A stretch of 64,000 nt of DNA, taken from an uncultured bacterium (GTDB lineage Bacteria > Chloroflexota > UBA5177 > JANWHV01). The translations under genes and the position numbers were made by a program. The stretch is taken from the NCBI GenBank assembly GCA_963729625.1, contig CAVSOU010000010.1:1120001-1184000 (forward strand), read 5' to 3'. The notes below the pieces were generated by a model. The model worked only from the letters and a program-made list of their open reading frames with translations. It was not told where the DNA came from and made no database searches. Positions 1 to 9,810 of the stretch are shown here, piece after piece. Every line of letters starts with the position of its first letter. Within the stretch, counting starts at the first letter, position 1.

Positions 1-226
1 GGGCGGAGTCGGAGACGTCGGCCCGTCCAAAATAGGCCGGATGGCCGAGCGCTTCCAGCTCTGCCCGCGTGCGCTCGCCCTCGTCGGCGAGCAGATCACA
101 GATCGCCACGCGCGCACCGGCTTCGGCCAGGGCAAGCGCGTGCTGCCGGCCAAGCGCGCGCGCACCGCCGGTCACCACCGCCACCCGGTCAGTCAGCTTG
201 AATCGCTCCAGGACGTTCTCGCCCAT
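1..226 (-). CDS. SDR family oxidoreductase (partial, runs off window start)
   Basis: Manual translation MGENVLERFKLTDRVAVVTGGARALGRQHALALAEAGARVAICD shows the TGxxxxG Rossmann motif; its ATG overlaps the upstream gene's TGA (TGATG). Confidence 0.85.
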   Translation of the reverse strand, partial: MGENVLERFKLTDRVAVVTGGARALGRQHALALAEAGARVAICDLLADEGERTRAELEALGHPAYFGRADVSDSA

Positions 227-906
227 CACTCCGCCGGCCACGTGGCTTCGCCAAATACCGCGTGCCAGTCCGCGAGGAATCCATGCATCCGCATGTCGGT
301 GAAAGGGTGCTCGAACAGCATCTTCAGGAATTCGAATCTGAGCGTGCAGATATCGGTGCCTGCCGCTGCAAAGTCGCCGAAGGAACGAGGGAAGCGCCCG
401 CACGAGAGGATCTTGGTCGTGAAGCCATAATTCTGGAAAATCTGGCGGATCGGCCTGACCAGCTCCACCGGCTGGTCTACGACCTGGTCGAGCGGCCCGT
501 TGAAGACGGCGACGATGTCTGCCCCGCATTTGCCGGCCAGATAGGCTTGCGCCACCGACGCGACGGCTGTGATGGCAATCGGCATGGCCGGATCTTCCTG
601 TTTCAGGGCCTGTAGCGCCTGAATCCCGGCCACGCTCATAGGCAGCTTCACCACGATCTGCTCGGAGAACCGATGTAGCCAGCGCGCTTGCGCTACGAGC
701 TGTCCGCGTTCATGCCAACCGACTGCCTGGCAGAGGACGACGCCAGGGGCCACGTCGAGGACGCGGCGCAAGGCGCCGCGCATGTCCGGACCCGCTTTGG
801 CGATGAGCGATGGGTTGGTAGTGACGCCCTGGATAATGCCCCATTCCCTCGCCTGCAGGATCTCCTCTGGATTGGAGCTATCGATGAACAGCTGCATATC
901 TGTCAC
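226..906 (-). CDS. Transaldolase/fructose-6-phosphate aldolase (TalC/MipB) family protein with atypical active site
   Basis: LFIDS, GVTTNPSLI, Schiff-base lysine in IVVKLP, C-terminal HPFTD...F..DW; the start may be the ATG at 897. Confidence 0.9.
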   Translation of the reverse strand: MTDMQLFIDSSNPEEILQAREWGIIQGVTTNPSLIAKAGPDMRGALRRVLDVAPGVVLCQAVGWHERGQLVAQARWLHRFSEQIVVKLPMSVAGIQALQALKQEDPAMPIAITAVASVAQAYLAGKCGADIVAVFNGPLDQVVDQPVELVRPIRQIFQNYGFTTKILSCGRFPRSFGDFAAAGTDICTLRFEFLKMLFEHPFTDMRMHGFLADWHAVFGEATWPAE

Positions 907-2636
907 CTCTCAAACAAGTCCTCAGCCAGGGTGCCGACGTAGTCAGCGATGCATTGTTGGTAGGCTCGGTAAAACTCGGGCGACAACGTGTAGAACTGCT
1001 CACGGTTAGCCATCTGTCCGTTCGCGGTGCGCCGGCCAACATAGGCAAATCCGTAATGGTGAAACACCATGTGTCTGCGGGACGGTCTTCGGTCGGCACT
1101 CTGCTCGTATGCGCGAAGGCACTCGCTCGCAAAATCGGAACCCGCCTCTGCCTCGTCACGCGCATAGGCAAGCGCGTCGTCCCACCAGCGCTGAAAGAGC
1201 TCCGGGTCATACTCCTGCAGCAGGTCGGCAAACAACAACTGCGGCATGGGGGAGATCTTGTAGTGCAGCCGGCCCCCGGTCGCGCGCCGCAGCGCTGCCC
1301 GCACCGGTGTGGAAAGATCGTCGGCGGAATGGAAATCCAGCATCACGCCGAACTCGCCGGCGATGGCCTGCAACGTGGCGACGCGCCGTTCCAATGCCGC
1401 CAAACCGTCGGCTCCGCGGTAGTCCCATCCCTTCTCAGCCCCGTAGTTCGGCGCCACGTGCGTGACGGGAAGGCCCCGGCGAACGATCTCCCGCAGCAGA
1501 AAGAGCAGCTCTTCCGGGCTGGTCAAACAGTCGAACGCATCGACCTCCACGGGATGCTCGTCCACTGTGAGCTCGAGGTCGAAGGTTTGACCGTCTTTGA
1601 GTGTGCTGATCGCTGTGGACAGGTCCTCGAGAGTGTTCAGCGCATCCCAGTACTTTGCCGCCAGCCGGTTGGTAAGCTCTTCGCTCGAACTCAAGGTCGT
1701 GTCGCCAACCCGGAACGGCGCACGATGAGCGCGCAGGATAGCGTGACGCTCCGCCGCGTCGCCAACGTTTCGCTCGAGGTAGCTCATGTCGGCCGAGCCG
1801 CTCAAAGCCTCATAGTGCAGGATGTCCGCCATGTCCATGGTGAAGAATGTGTAGTAGCGGGAAGCCTCGATCAGCCGCCGAGCGCGCGCAAGGCCATCCG
1901 GGCCACGCTTGACTTGCAGGTGATCGGCGTCGGCGCCGTAGCGCAGCGCTGCCTCCTCCTGCAGGCCCGCCAGGGCGCCCGCGAGCCAGAGCCCTTCGTA
2001 GGTGCTGCCGGTGTAGCCGCTCTCGATCGTGCCGAAGCCGCAGGCGTAATTCCGCTCGGGCGGGCGTCCCGCGAGCACATCCTCCAGGATACTGAGCTCG
2101 CGAACCGAGTTCTGGATTGGATTGGCTGCGAAGCCGTGGGTGCGCATCGCCTGAAAGACTCCCGGCCAGACCGCGGTGGTCATGCGACAGCCTATTCCCA
2201 GGCGAGGAATGGCGCCCAGAGGACTAGGGCCTTTGTGAGGGGCAAGCAGCCGCAAGAAGCGGTCGAGAACCGGCGCGTCGGCAGGATAGGCCGCTACGGC
2301 AAGCCCATCACTCAAGCGCATGGTCCCCAGCGGTCTACCCAGTGTTTGGACGCCTCCGCCAAGGCCGAGCTCGAGCAGGACCTGCTGTCCGTCTGTCAGC
2401 CCAGCCAGGCAAAACGCAGCGGCGCCGCGATGGACGACAGCGGCGCGCGGCAGGCTCACGCCGGTCGACCCACACCAGCCGGCAGTACGCACACCGTGCA
2501 ACGCACTGCGCCACTCTTCTCCGACCTGGCAGATTGCCTGCCAGGCTCGCTCGCGCTCCCACGTCGACGTGGCCAGAATGGCTGGATTCGTGGCCGGGTC
2601 AATGCCCAGCCGCCGATAGTCTTGGTCATTCCCCAT
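903..2636 (-). CDS. uxaE: Tagaturonate/fructuronate epimerase (UxaE) family protein
   Basis: Motifs QNSVREL, YGADADHL, FFTMD, DLELTVDE, APNYGAEKGWDY, DFHSADD and HYKIS parallel UxaE motifs; the substrate is not proven. Confidence 0.75.
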   Translation of the reverse strand: MGNDQDYRRLGIDPATNPAILATSTWERERAWQAICQVGEEWRSALHGVRTAGWCGSTGVSLPRAAVVHRGAAAFCLAGLTDGQQVLLELGLGGGVQTLGRPLGTMRLSDGLAVAAYPADAPVLDRFLRLLAPHKGPSPLGAIPRLGIGCRMTTAVWPGVFQAMRTHGFAANPIQNSVRELSILEDVLAGRPPERNYACGFGTIESGYTGSTYEGLWLAGALAGLQEEAALRYGADADHLQVKRGPDGLARARRLIEASRYYTFFTMDMADILHYEALSGSADMSYLERNVGDAAERHAILRAHRAPFRVGDTTLSSSEELTNRLAAKYWDALNTLEDLSTAISTLKDGQTFDLELTVDEHPVEVDAFDCLTSPEELLFLLREIVRRGLPVTHVAPNYGAEKGWDYRGADGLAALERRVATLQAIAGEFGVMLDFHSADDLSTPVRAALRRATGGRLHYKISPMPQLLFADLLQEYDPELFQRWWDDALAYARDEAEAGSDFASECLRAYEQSADRRPSRRHMVFHHYGFAYVGRRTANGQMANREQFYTLSPEFYRAYQQCIADYVGTLAEDLFER

Positions 2637-2815
2637 GGTTTCGCTCCAGCACCGCTATCGGCTCCCAGACTACAACGAGCCCACCCGTACTTCGACCAAC
2701 AGCCTTGCCGCCGGGCGGTTCTCAATTTCCACCGAGCACCGAACCGTTGCGTCAAACGCCGGCTTGTCCACCTCACCTTCACCACAGTAGAACCGCGCCA
2801 GTTGGGCCCAATTCC

Positions 2816-2828
2816 GTCAACAGTATAC
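2816..2828 (-). promoter_or_regulatory. Putative GntR-family operator overlapping a TATACT -10 box upstream of uxaE
   Basis: GTCAACAGTATAC; shares 18 bp (TGTATACTGTTGACGGAA) with the site at 34110-34127. Confidence 0.7.
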
Positions 2829-2829
2829 A

Positions 2830-3915
2830 TTACTCCTGGCAGTAGCGTTGCAGCTTCGACTGGAAACCCGGCCGTTCAAGCACGTCCCCGTTCAGGATGT
2901 TGTCAGGCAGCCGGCCATGCGATAATTCCAGCATGCCTTCGATGATCGGCACGATCGTGGCCCTGCCTGCCTGCCGCGTGGAGGCCAGCCAGTGCGGCGT
3001 GAGAATCACATTGTCGAGCTGCAACAGTGAACTGGAAAGCGGCAGCGGTTCTGTCGCGAACACGTCCAATCCGGCGCCGGCAATTCTCCGCTCTCGCAAG
3101 AACCGCGCCAACACCTCTTCCTCCACCAGCTCGCCGCGCGCCACGTTGACGAGATAGGCAGTTTGCTTCATGATGCCAAGCTCGCGCTCGCCGATCAGGT
3201 CCCGCGTCGTCTCCGTCAGCCGGCAGTGGAGACTCAGATAGTCCGACTCGCGCAGAACGTGCCCGAGGCTCCCAACCAAAGTGACGCCGAGGGCGCTTGC
3301 GCTCGCCGGGTCAGCATGGGGCGAATAAGCGATGATCCGCATGCCAAAGGGCGCGATGAGGCGCGCCAACTCCAATCCGGTTTTGCCCAGACCAATGATC
3401 CCCAATGTCTGCCCGGTCAGATCATCGCCGAGCGCCTCGTTCTGCAAATCCCAGCGATAGTCGCGGATAATCCGCTCTTGCAGAAAGTATCGCCTGGACA
3501 GCCCGAGAATCAAGAATAGGGCCGCCGACGCGGTCGAATGCGTGAGGCCGTATGGCGAGTTGAAGACGACGACATCGTTTGCGGTGCAGGCGGCCAGATC
3601 GATCTTGTCATAGCCGATTCCGGCACGCCCGATGCCGATCAGACTGTCAGCTCCGCCGGCAAATGCGCAGGCCTTGACCCACGGACGGCAGACGACGATG
3701 CCGTTTGACACTGCGACATGGTGAGTCTCAATCTGCATCGAATACAGCAGGTCCTGATACGTCGGGTCATTGGATCTCGGCTGCTGATCTACCAGAAAGC
3801 CTCGCCGGACATGAGGTGCGAGGTCAAGCAGGTCCCAGCCCAGCCCCATGGACTGGTCGGAGCTCCCATCACTCATATCTCCAGTGAAATTCAACACGAA
3901 GTCTCGCACAGTCAT
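2830..3915 (-). CDS. D-isomer-specific 2-hydroxyacid dehydrogenase
   Basis: GIGYDKID, GIIGLGKTG, LVNVARG, AGAGLDVFATEP, ILTPHW; start placed at MTVRDF behind a GGAG. Confidence 0.9.
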   Translation of the reverse strand: MTVRDFVLNFTGDMSDGSSDQSMGLGWDLLDLAPHVRRGFLVDQQPRSNDPTYQDLLYSMQIETHHVAVSNGIVVCRPWVKACAFAGGADSLIGIGRAGIGYDKIDLAACTANDVVVFNSPYGLTHSTASAALFLILGLSRRYFLQERIIRDYRWDLQNEALGDDLTGQTLGIIGLGKTGLELARLIAPFGMRIIAYSPHADPASASALGVTLVGSLGHVLRESDYLSLHCRLTETTRDLIGERELGIMKQTAYLVNVARGELVEEEVLARFLRERRIAGAGLDVFATEPLPLSSSLLQLDNVILTPHWLASTRQAGRATIVPIIEGMLELSHGRLPDNILNGDVLERPGFQSKLQRYCQE

Positions 3916-4265
3916 ATCTCCATCCTGCGCCCTGCACGGTGCCGGCACGTAGGAGCGGCCAAGCTCGCACGGTCGGCCACCGCTCCCAGAATGCGCGAGT
4001 ACACCGAAAGAGTCTGCTCGTCGGAAGCGCGATTTCCAAGTTCGATTGCACGGACTTACCGCCAGGCGTCACGGCGCGTCAGCTCGCCTCGTTCGTCTCC
4101 GCGGGCGATCCCTGTCCCTGCGGGCCCGCCACTACTACCGGTTCCTTGACATCCGCTTCAGTGGTAACCTCGATGTGCGCGTCAGTCGCCCACCACAGGT
4201 ATGCAACTATGCATGGCTTGTCACGCGCCACCGACTGCCCGATCCTACGCTCAGCCCCGCACGCT

Positions 4266-4303
4266 GTCAACAGTTGACGAGAGTCGGAAATCCAGAGTAT
4301 GGT
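4266..4303 (+). promoter_or_regulatory. Operator GTCAACAGTTGAC overlapping a sigma70-like promoter (TTGACG-18-TATGGT)
   Basis: Palindrome GTCAAC-A-GTTGAC at 4266-4278; -35 at 4274, -10 at 4298; lies upstream of the CDS at 4348. Confidence 0.7.
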
Positions 4304-4347
4304 TATTGCCAGGCTAACAGCGTGTCGCCGGTGCAAGGGAGGTTGCA

Positions 4348-5625
4348 ATGACACTCACGTCTCGCGCGCGCGTTGAGCTGGCGCTGCAGCATCAGGAATC
4401 GGATCGCGTCCCTCTTGACCTCGGAAGCAATACCGAAACCGGGATGCACGTGTCTTCCGTGTACAGGCTGCGGCAGGCTCTTCGACTTGACCCACCGGGC
4501 ACGCCCGTCAGAGTAGTCCAGCCGTACCTGATGCTCGGCGAGATCGGTCATGACCTGGTCGACGTGCTGGGCGTCGACGTCGTCGGCCTGGGCTTGCCGA
4601 CCACGTCGGTCGGCTTCAAGAATGAAGGGTGGAAGCCCTGGACCACGTTTGACGGCACGCCGGTGTTGGTTCCGGCAGGCTTCAACACGGAGCCGGCCCC
4701 AAACGGCGACATACTGATGTATCCGTGCGGCGACAGGTCCGTGCCGGCCTGCGCGCGGATGCCCAAAGGTGGTTTCTATTTCGATGCCATTAGCCGACAG
4801 GCGCCTATCGACGACGACAAGCTGAACGTGGACGACAACCTTGAAGAGTTCGGCGAAATCAGCGACGACGATCTCTCTCACCTGCAACGGGAGAGCGCGC
4901 GATTGGCGGCGACCGGCAAGGCAATCATGGCAAACTTCGGCGGCACGTCGTTTGGGGATATCGGGACGGTGCCAGGGCTCAAGCTGAGACATCCAAAAGG
5001 CGTACGCGATGTCGAGGAATGGTACATCAGCCTTAACTCGCGACGGGACTACATCTACAACGTCTTCGAACGGCAGCGCGACATCGCGCTGAAGAATCTC
5101 GAGAAGATTCACCATGTTGTGGGCGATAGTGTTACTGCCGTTCGCGTGACGGCAGCGGACTTTGGGGCGCAGCAGGGTCCCTTCATCGGGCCAAAGACGT
5201 ACAGAGCTCTCTTCAAGCCGTTCCACGTGCGAGTCAACGACTGGATTCACGCCAACACATCCTGGAAGTGCGTCATTCACTCATGCGGATCAATCTGGCG
5301 ACTGCTTGACGACATCGTGGATGCTGGCTTCGATGCGTTGAATCCGGTGCAGACTTCCGCTGCAGAGATGGACCCGGCGATGCTAAAGCGGCGCTATGGT
5401 GACCGGCTCACCTTTTGGGGCGGAGGAATCGACACGCAGCACGTTCTTCCGTTCGGCACGCCGGACGAGATTCGCGAGATGGTTCGAGATCGCATGCGGA
5501 TTTTTGCTCCCGGAGGCGGCTTTGTATTCAACACCATACACAACGTGCAAGCAGGCATACCTGCGGCCAATCTGCTGGCGCTCTACCAGGCAGTGGAAGC
5601 GTATCGGTCATACCCGGTTGACTAG
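4348..5625 (+). CDS. URO-D/MtaA-CmuA family protein (#1)
   Basis: N-terminal SRARVELALQHQESDRVPLD, DFGAQQGPFI, HSCG, LNPVQTSA, TFWGGGIDTQ..LPFGTP, GGGFVFNTIHNVQ. Confidence 0.9.
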   Translation: MTLTSRARVELALQHQESDRVPLDLGSNTETGMHVSSVYRLRQALRLDPPGTPVRVVQPYLMLGEIGHDLVDVLGVDVVGLGLPTTSVGFKNEGWKPWTTFDGTPVLVPAGFNTEPAPNGDILMYPCGDRSVPACARMPKGGFYFDAISRQAPIDDDKLNVDDNLEEFGEISDDDLSHLQRESARLAATGKAIMANFGGTSFGDIGTVPGLKLRHPKGVRDVEEWYISLNSRRDYIYNVFERQRDIALKNLEKIHHVVGDSVTAVRVTAADFGAQQGPFIGPKTYRALFKPFHVRVNDWIHANTSWKCVIHSCGSIWRLLDDIVDAGFDALNPVQTSAAEMDPAMLKRRYGDRLTFWGGGIDTQHVLPFGTPDEIREMVRDRMRIFAPGGGFVFNTIHNVQAGIPAANLLALYQAVEAYRSYPVD

Positions 5626-5685
5626 CGCGCCGGATGGAAATGTAGTCGAACTACGTCAAGGACTGACCGGCCTTAGCCGTTGCAA

Positions 5686-6930
5686 CTAAAGTTCGGACAC
5701 GACGGTTGTGGCGTCAGGGCGTCGTCGCACGTCTGGCAGCAGGGCCGTGCCCAACCCCGGCCCGGTCGGTGCGAGTATGTGACCGCCCTCCACGATTATG
5801 GGCTCGGTCACCATCTCGGGGTACGTGACATGCAGATAGGCCCGCACCGTCTCCTGATAGACTGCATTCGTCGCATTGATTGCCAGGTGGATGCCCGCCA
5901 TCATGGTGAAGGGACCGGTGCAATCGTGGAAGGCGACAGGGCGTCGATATGCTTCCGCCATCGTGGCAATCTTCTTGCTTTCGGTGATACCGCCCGCCCA
6001 GGTCGGATCAATCATGACAATGTCGACCGCTTGTTGCTCGAATAGCGCCTTGAACTCGTAGCGCGTCGTCAAGAACTCGCTGGCCAGGATAGGGGTGGAG
6101 GTGCTCCGCCGCAGCTCCGCGAGAGAGGAGATGTCGTCAGCACGCATCAGGTCTTCGAGCCATGCCGGCTGGAACTCTTCCACGGCGCGTGCGATGTGCT
6201 TCGCCGCCGGAAGCGACCAGAGACCATGCCCTTCTAGCATGATGTCCATCTTGTTGCCTACCGCGGCGCGGATTTTGCGAAACGGCTCCAGCCCGCGCTC
6301 GAGATCGCCCTCGTCGATGCGCTGGCCGCCAAGGGTGCGCAGCGCCGGGTCGAAGGCGCCGCGAAAGTCGCGCCACTTGTCCCAGGAACCTGGCGCGTGC
6401 ACGCCGGGATCGAAGGGCCAGATTTTCATCCCCGTAATGCCCTCTGCCAACAGGTCGAGCGCGAGCTCGTCGGCCCGCGTCATGAAGGCAATCAGGTCTT
6501 CGTAGCGGCCTGCACTTTCCTTCAGCGTGCCGCCGAGCGTGGACCGTCCATAGGCCGGGCCGCCACAGGTGTTGTAGGTCTTGATGCGATCGCGGGCCGC
6601 GCCCCCGAGCAACTGCCACACCGGCATGCCGGTGGCCTGACCGAATATGTCCCACAACGCTACGTCGAGCGCGGACAGCCCGCGGATCTCCGCGCCCTTA
6701 CCGACAATATGCGTAATGATCTCGTAGAGCCGGCGCCAATGCAGTTCGATCGCCAGGGGGTCGTGGCCCAGCAGCAGCGGCGCCGCAAACCTGTGGATAT
6801 ATCCACGCACGGCGTCCGGCATGTAGAAGGTGTCGGAATAGCCGACGAGCCCCTCGTCGGTGTGCACGGCGATGAAGAGGATATGCGGGTAGTCGGCCAG
6901 ATGGATCGTCTCGATCTTGGTCAGCTTCAT
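5686..6930 (-). CDS. Mandelate racemase/muconate lactonizing (enolase superfamily) enzyme, probable acid-sugar dehydratase
   Basis: SALDVALWDI.G...G.PVWQLLGG, MKIWPFD, E-E-E metal ligands (MLEGHG, WLED, ASE), HDCTGP. Confidence 0.9.
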   Translation of the reverse strand: MKLTKIETIHLADYPHILFIAVHTDEGLVGYSDTFYMPDAVRGYIHRFAAPLLLGHDPLAIELHWRRLYEIITHIVGKGAEIRGLSALDVALWDIFGQATGMPVWQLLGGAARDRIKTYNTCGGPAYGRSTLGGTLKESAGRYEDLIAFMTRADELALDLLAEGITGMKIWPFDPGVHAPGSWDKWRDFRGAFDPALRTLGGQRIDEGDLERGLEPFRKIRAAVGNKMDIMLEGHGLWSLPAAKHIARAVEEFQPAWLEDLMRADDISSLAELRRSTSTPILASEFLTTRYEFKALFEQQAVDIVMIDPTWAGGITESKKIATMAEAYRRPVAFHDCTGPFTMMAGIHLAINATNAVYQETVRAYLHVTYPEMVTEPIIVEGGHILAPTGPGLGTALLPDVRRRPDATTVVSEL

Positions 6931-6971
6931 TGTTCTCTCTCCCATCGTTCACGCATTGACCGCTCCGGGCG

Positions 6972-7973
6972 TCAGACCACGGATATGCCCTCGTTTGCAA
7001 AACGCCAACCGGATAAATTGCTGGTCGACCGAAGCACGCCACTCTCCGCGAGGCCCGCCAACACGAGGCTGTTGGCCGGGAATGTCGGTGCTACGGCGAT
7101 GCACAGGACGCCCGAAGCCTCCACGCGGCGCGACCAGGTCTCCCCCCCATCGTGCGAGACGCATACATCGGAATCGGTGGCCATCAGCATCGTGTGGTCA
7201 TCACCAAAGCCGGGCGAGAGCACGATGGCGTTGACACTGACCTCGCCCAGCCCCGGCGCCAGCGGTTGCCACGTGACGCCGCGATCTCGCGAGCAGAACA
7301 AGCCGGCTCCCTCCGTGCCGGCGAAGAGAGTATCGTCAGCGCTGAAGTCTGGCGAGATGGCCAGGCATTGCACGGCGACGCCTTCCGCGGGCGTGCCTAT
7401 CTCGCGCCAGGCCCGCGCGCCATTCGGACTGCGAAATATGCCCGTGGCTGTGGCCGCGAACAGCGTTTCGTCCTGCTCGAACGCCGGAGACACTGCCAGC
7501 GACAGCACGTCAAGATCGAGGAGTCCAAAGGTGCCGGTCTCCCACCTCCCACCTCCGTTTCGCGAGACGAGCACACCGCCGGACATGACCGCGGCGAACG
7601 CCACCCCATCGCGCGCAAAGGCGGGCGACACGGCAATCGCGGCAAACCCGCCCGCACGCCTTGGCAGATCGGCCACGGACCATTCCGCTCCGTCGCCGAT
7701 TACGCGATAGAGGCTGCCTTCCAGGCTTGCCGCGAGAAGCACCCGATCGTGACTGAAACCAGGGGAAATCGCCAGGGCGCTGAGGGACGGCTTCCCGCTA
7801 TCGGGGCCTACAGGCCGCCAGGTTCGCCCAGCGTCGGTCGAGGTGAAGAGGCCGGCAAGGGTGGCCGCAAACGCCGTTTGATCGTTGTCGAAGTTCGGTG
7901 ATAGCGCGATGGCAGTGACGCTGGCGGCCGGTGGCGCTGCCATGAGTTCCGGGTTGCTTTCAGTTTCCGACAT
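6972..7973 (-). CDS. BNR/Asp-box repeat beta-propeller protein
   Basis: Seven SPxFxxD-type repeats and S-x-D/N-x-G-x-x-W Asp-boxes; no signal peptide. Confidence 0.85.
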   Translation of the reverse strand: MSETESNPELMAAPPAASVTAIALSPNFDNDQTAFAATLAGLFTSTDAGRTWRPVGPDSGKPSLSALAISPGFSHDRVLLAASLEGSLYRVIGDGAEWSVADLPRRAGGFAAIAVSPAFARDGVAFAAVMSGGVLVSRNGGGRWETGTFGLLDLDVLSLAVSPAFEQDETLFAATATGIFRSPNGARAWREIGTPAEGVAVQCLAISPDFSADDTLFAGTEGAGLFCSRDRGVTWQPLAPGLGEVSVNAIVLSPGFGDDHTMLMATDSDVCVSHDGGETWSRRVEASGVLCIAVAPTFPANSLVLAGLAESGVLRSTSNLSGWRFANEGISVV

Positions 7974-8495
7974 GAAGACCCATCCTTGCTGAGCGAATGA
8001 CGTTGACGTTCCGGTTCCTGTCTATGCGGCGCCGATACCGGATCAAGACACGGTAGTCCCTTCAGCCGACCACAGCCCGGGACGGCGCCGCTGCGGCGGT
8101 GGCGTCCCGGCGGATGTTACGTCGAGCGCGCGTACAACGGGCCACGGCCCGGGGTGCCACGAACCGCGCTTCGCGCCGGTACCCGGTGAGTCGCCTTCCC
8201 CTTCCGCCGCGGCTGGAGGTCAATATCCTGGAAGACCGCGATGGCGCCGCCGCGATGGTCCACGACGCTGGTCGCGGACCATCCCGATGGACGAAACGCC
8301 TGTGGCACGCGCAACCGGCCACAGCCGCGGTGTGCCCGCGATTCGGGTCGCCTTCCATCCGCGATCCGGCCCGGCAGGTACCCCGGCTGGAGGTCGATTA
8401 CCTGGACGCCGGCAATCCTGCATATGGCAGCTAGCTGGGCTCGATGCCGCACTGAATAGGCAAGCGTATGTGCGCACGCGTCTGCCGCTACCTCG

Positions 8496-9371
8496 TCACG
8501 CCTCCGCGGTGACGGGATTCACCAGCGTGTCCAGCCCCTGGATCTCCACGCGCACTACGTCACCCGGTCGCAGGAATCGTTGCGGCTTCCGAGCGGCGCC
8601 GACCCCTTCCGGCGTCCCGGTGGCAATGACGTCGCCTGGCTCGAGCGTCATCGCGGCACTGATGTAGGCGATAAGTGTCGCAATCGGGAAGATCATCTTC
8701 CTTGTGTTCGACGACTGCAGTACCTCATCGCCAATCGTCAGGCGCAAATCCAGGATCTGCGGATCCGGTACTTCATCTGCGGTGACCAGCGTGGGGCCCA
8801 TGGGTCCGAAGGTGTCGAAGGTCTTGCCGATCACCCATTGGCTGGTTCGGGACTGGAAGTCGCGGGCGCTCACGTCGTTGTAGGGGGCATAGCCGCCAAC
8901 AAATCGAAGTGCTTCATGCGCCGCCACGTTCTTGGCGCGCCGGCCGATCACGACGGCTAGCTCGCCTTCGTAATCCACCTGCGTGCTGATCTTGGGTAAC
9001 ACGATGGCATCACCCGACGCAATCATGGTGTTCGCATACTTGGCGAAGATGATCGGGTATGTCGATGGGGCTGCATTGGATTCCGACGCATGCTCGACAT
9101 AGTTCTGACCAATGCAGACGATCTTTCCCGGTCGCGGTACAGGTGACAGCAGCCTGACCTTCTCAAGGGGTAGACGCACTTGAGGGCCGGCGTGCTCTGC
9201 TGCCGCGCGCGCTCGCGCCAGTACGGCGTCTCCACCCTCGAGGAACGCTATGATGTCTGACGGAATGCTGGGATCGGCTCGATTAAGGTCGATGACCTCG
9301 TCACTGCCGTGAGCCTGTTGCATGGCGCCTAGCCGAGTTCCACCCTCATGGACAAAGCTTACCAATCGCAT
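8496..9371 (-). CDS. Fumarylacetoacetate hydrolase family protein
   Basis: GKIVCIGQNY, DYEGEL, NDVSARD, GKTFDTFGPMGP, ATGTPEGVG. Confidence 0.95.
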   Translation of the reverse strand: MRLVSFVHEGGTRLGAMQQAHGSDEVIDLNRADPSIPSDIIAFLEGGDAVLARARAAAEHAGPQVRLPLEKVRLLSPVPRPGKIVCIGQNYVEHASESNAAPSTYPIIFAKYANTMIASGDAIVLPKISTQVDYEGELAVVIGRRAKNVAAHEALRFVGGYAPYNDVSARDFQSRTSQWVIGKTFDTFGPMGPTLVTADEVPDPQILDLRLTIGDEVLQSSNTRKMIFPIATLIAYISAAMTLEPGDVIATGTPEGVGAARKPQRFLRPGDVVRVEIQGLDTLVNPVTAEA

Positions 9372-9810
9372 GTCTTCCTCTCCCTTTCTTGCCCGGTCGC
9401 CAGGTTCTGACCTGAGCGTTCTCCCGCGAAGCGGCGCCTAGTGGGTCGCTTGTCACGTTCATCGCCGTTCAACAGCGGCCTGAAGGCCACAGTTAGCTCA
9501 GCACGTGAGGACACCCACTCTTGTGGGTACCCGCGGCCTGAAGGCCGGAGTCTCACACGAAGCGGCAATGGCCAAGAGCAACGCACTTGACCCGCTAGTT
9601 CACACATCCGGCCCCGCCCAACGTTGCGATCAGCGTATCACTGTCGGGGCCACGCCTTACACGATACCTCCCTCTTCCGCGATCCCGAACGGAATTGCCG
9701 GCTACGCTCGGTACGCAACCACAGGCCGGCCGTCAATGCGCGGATGCCGACGACCGATACCGGCAGCAGCGCGCCAGCGGGCATCGCTTCCACCTTCCAT
9801 GGCACAAACG

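Noticed and set aside
226-906. Sulfofructose transaldolase / sulfoglycolysis cluster
   Set aside because: It lacks the TTNPR and PFVGW signatures I recall for that enzyme, and no sulfoquinovosidase or SQ isomerase is recognisable.
954-2945. Long ORFs opposite real genes (e.g. 954-2945, 34805-36760, 37405-39351, 62124-63317)
   Set aside because: These are antisense shadows of high-GC coding sequence with no motifs.
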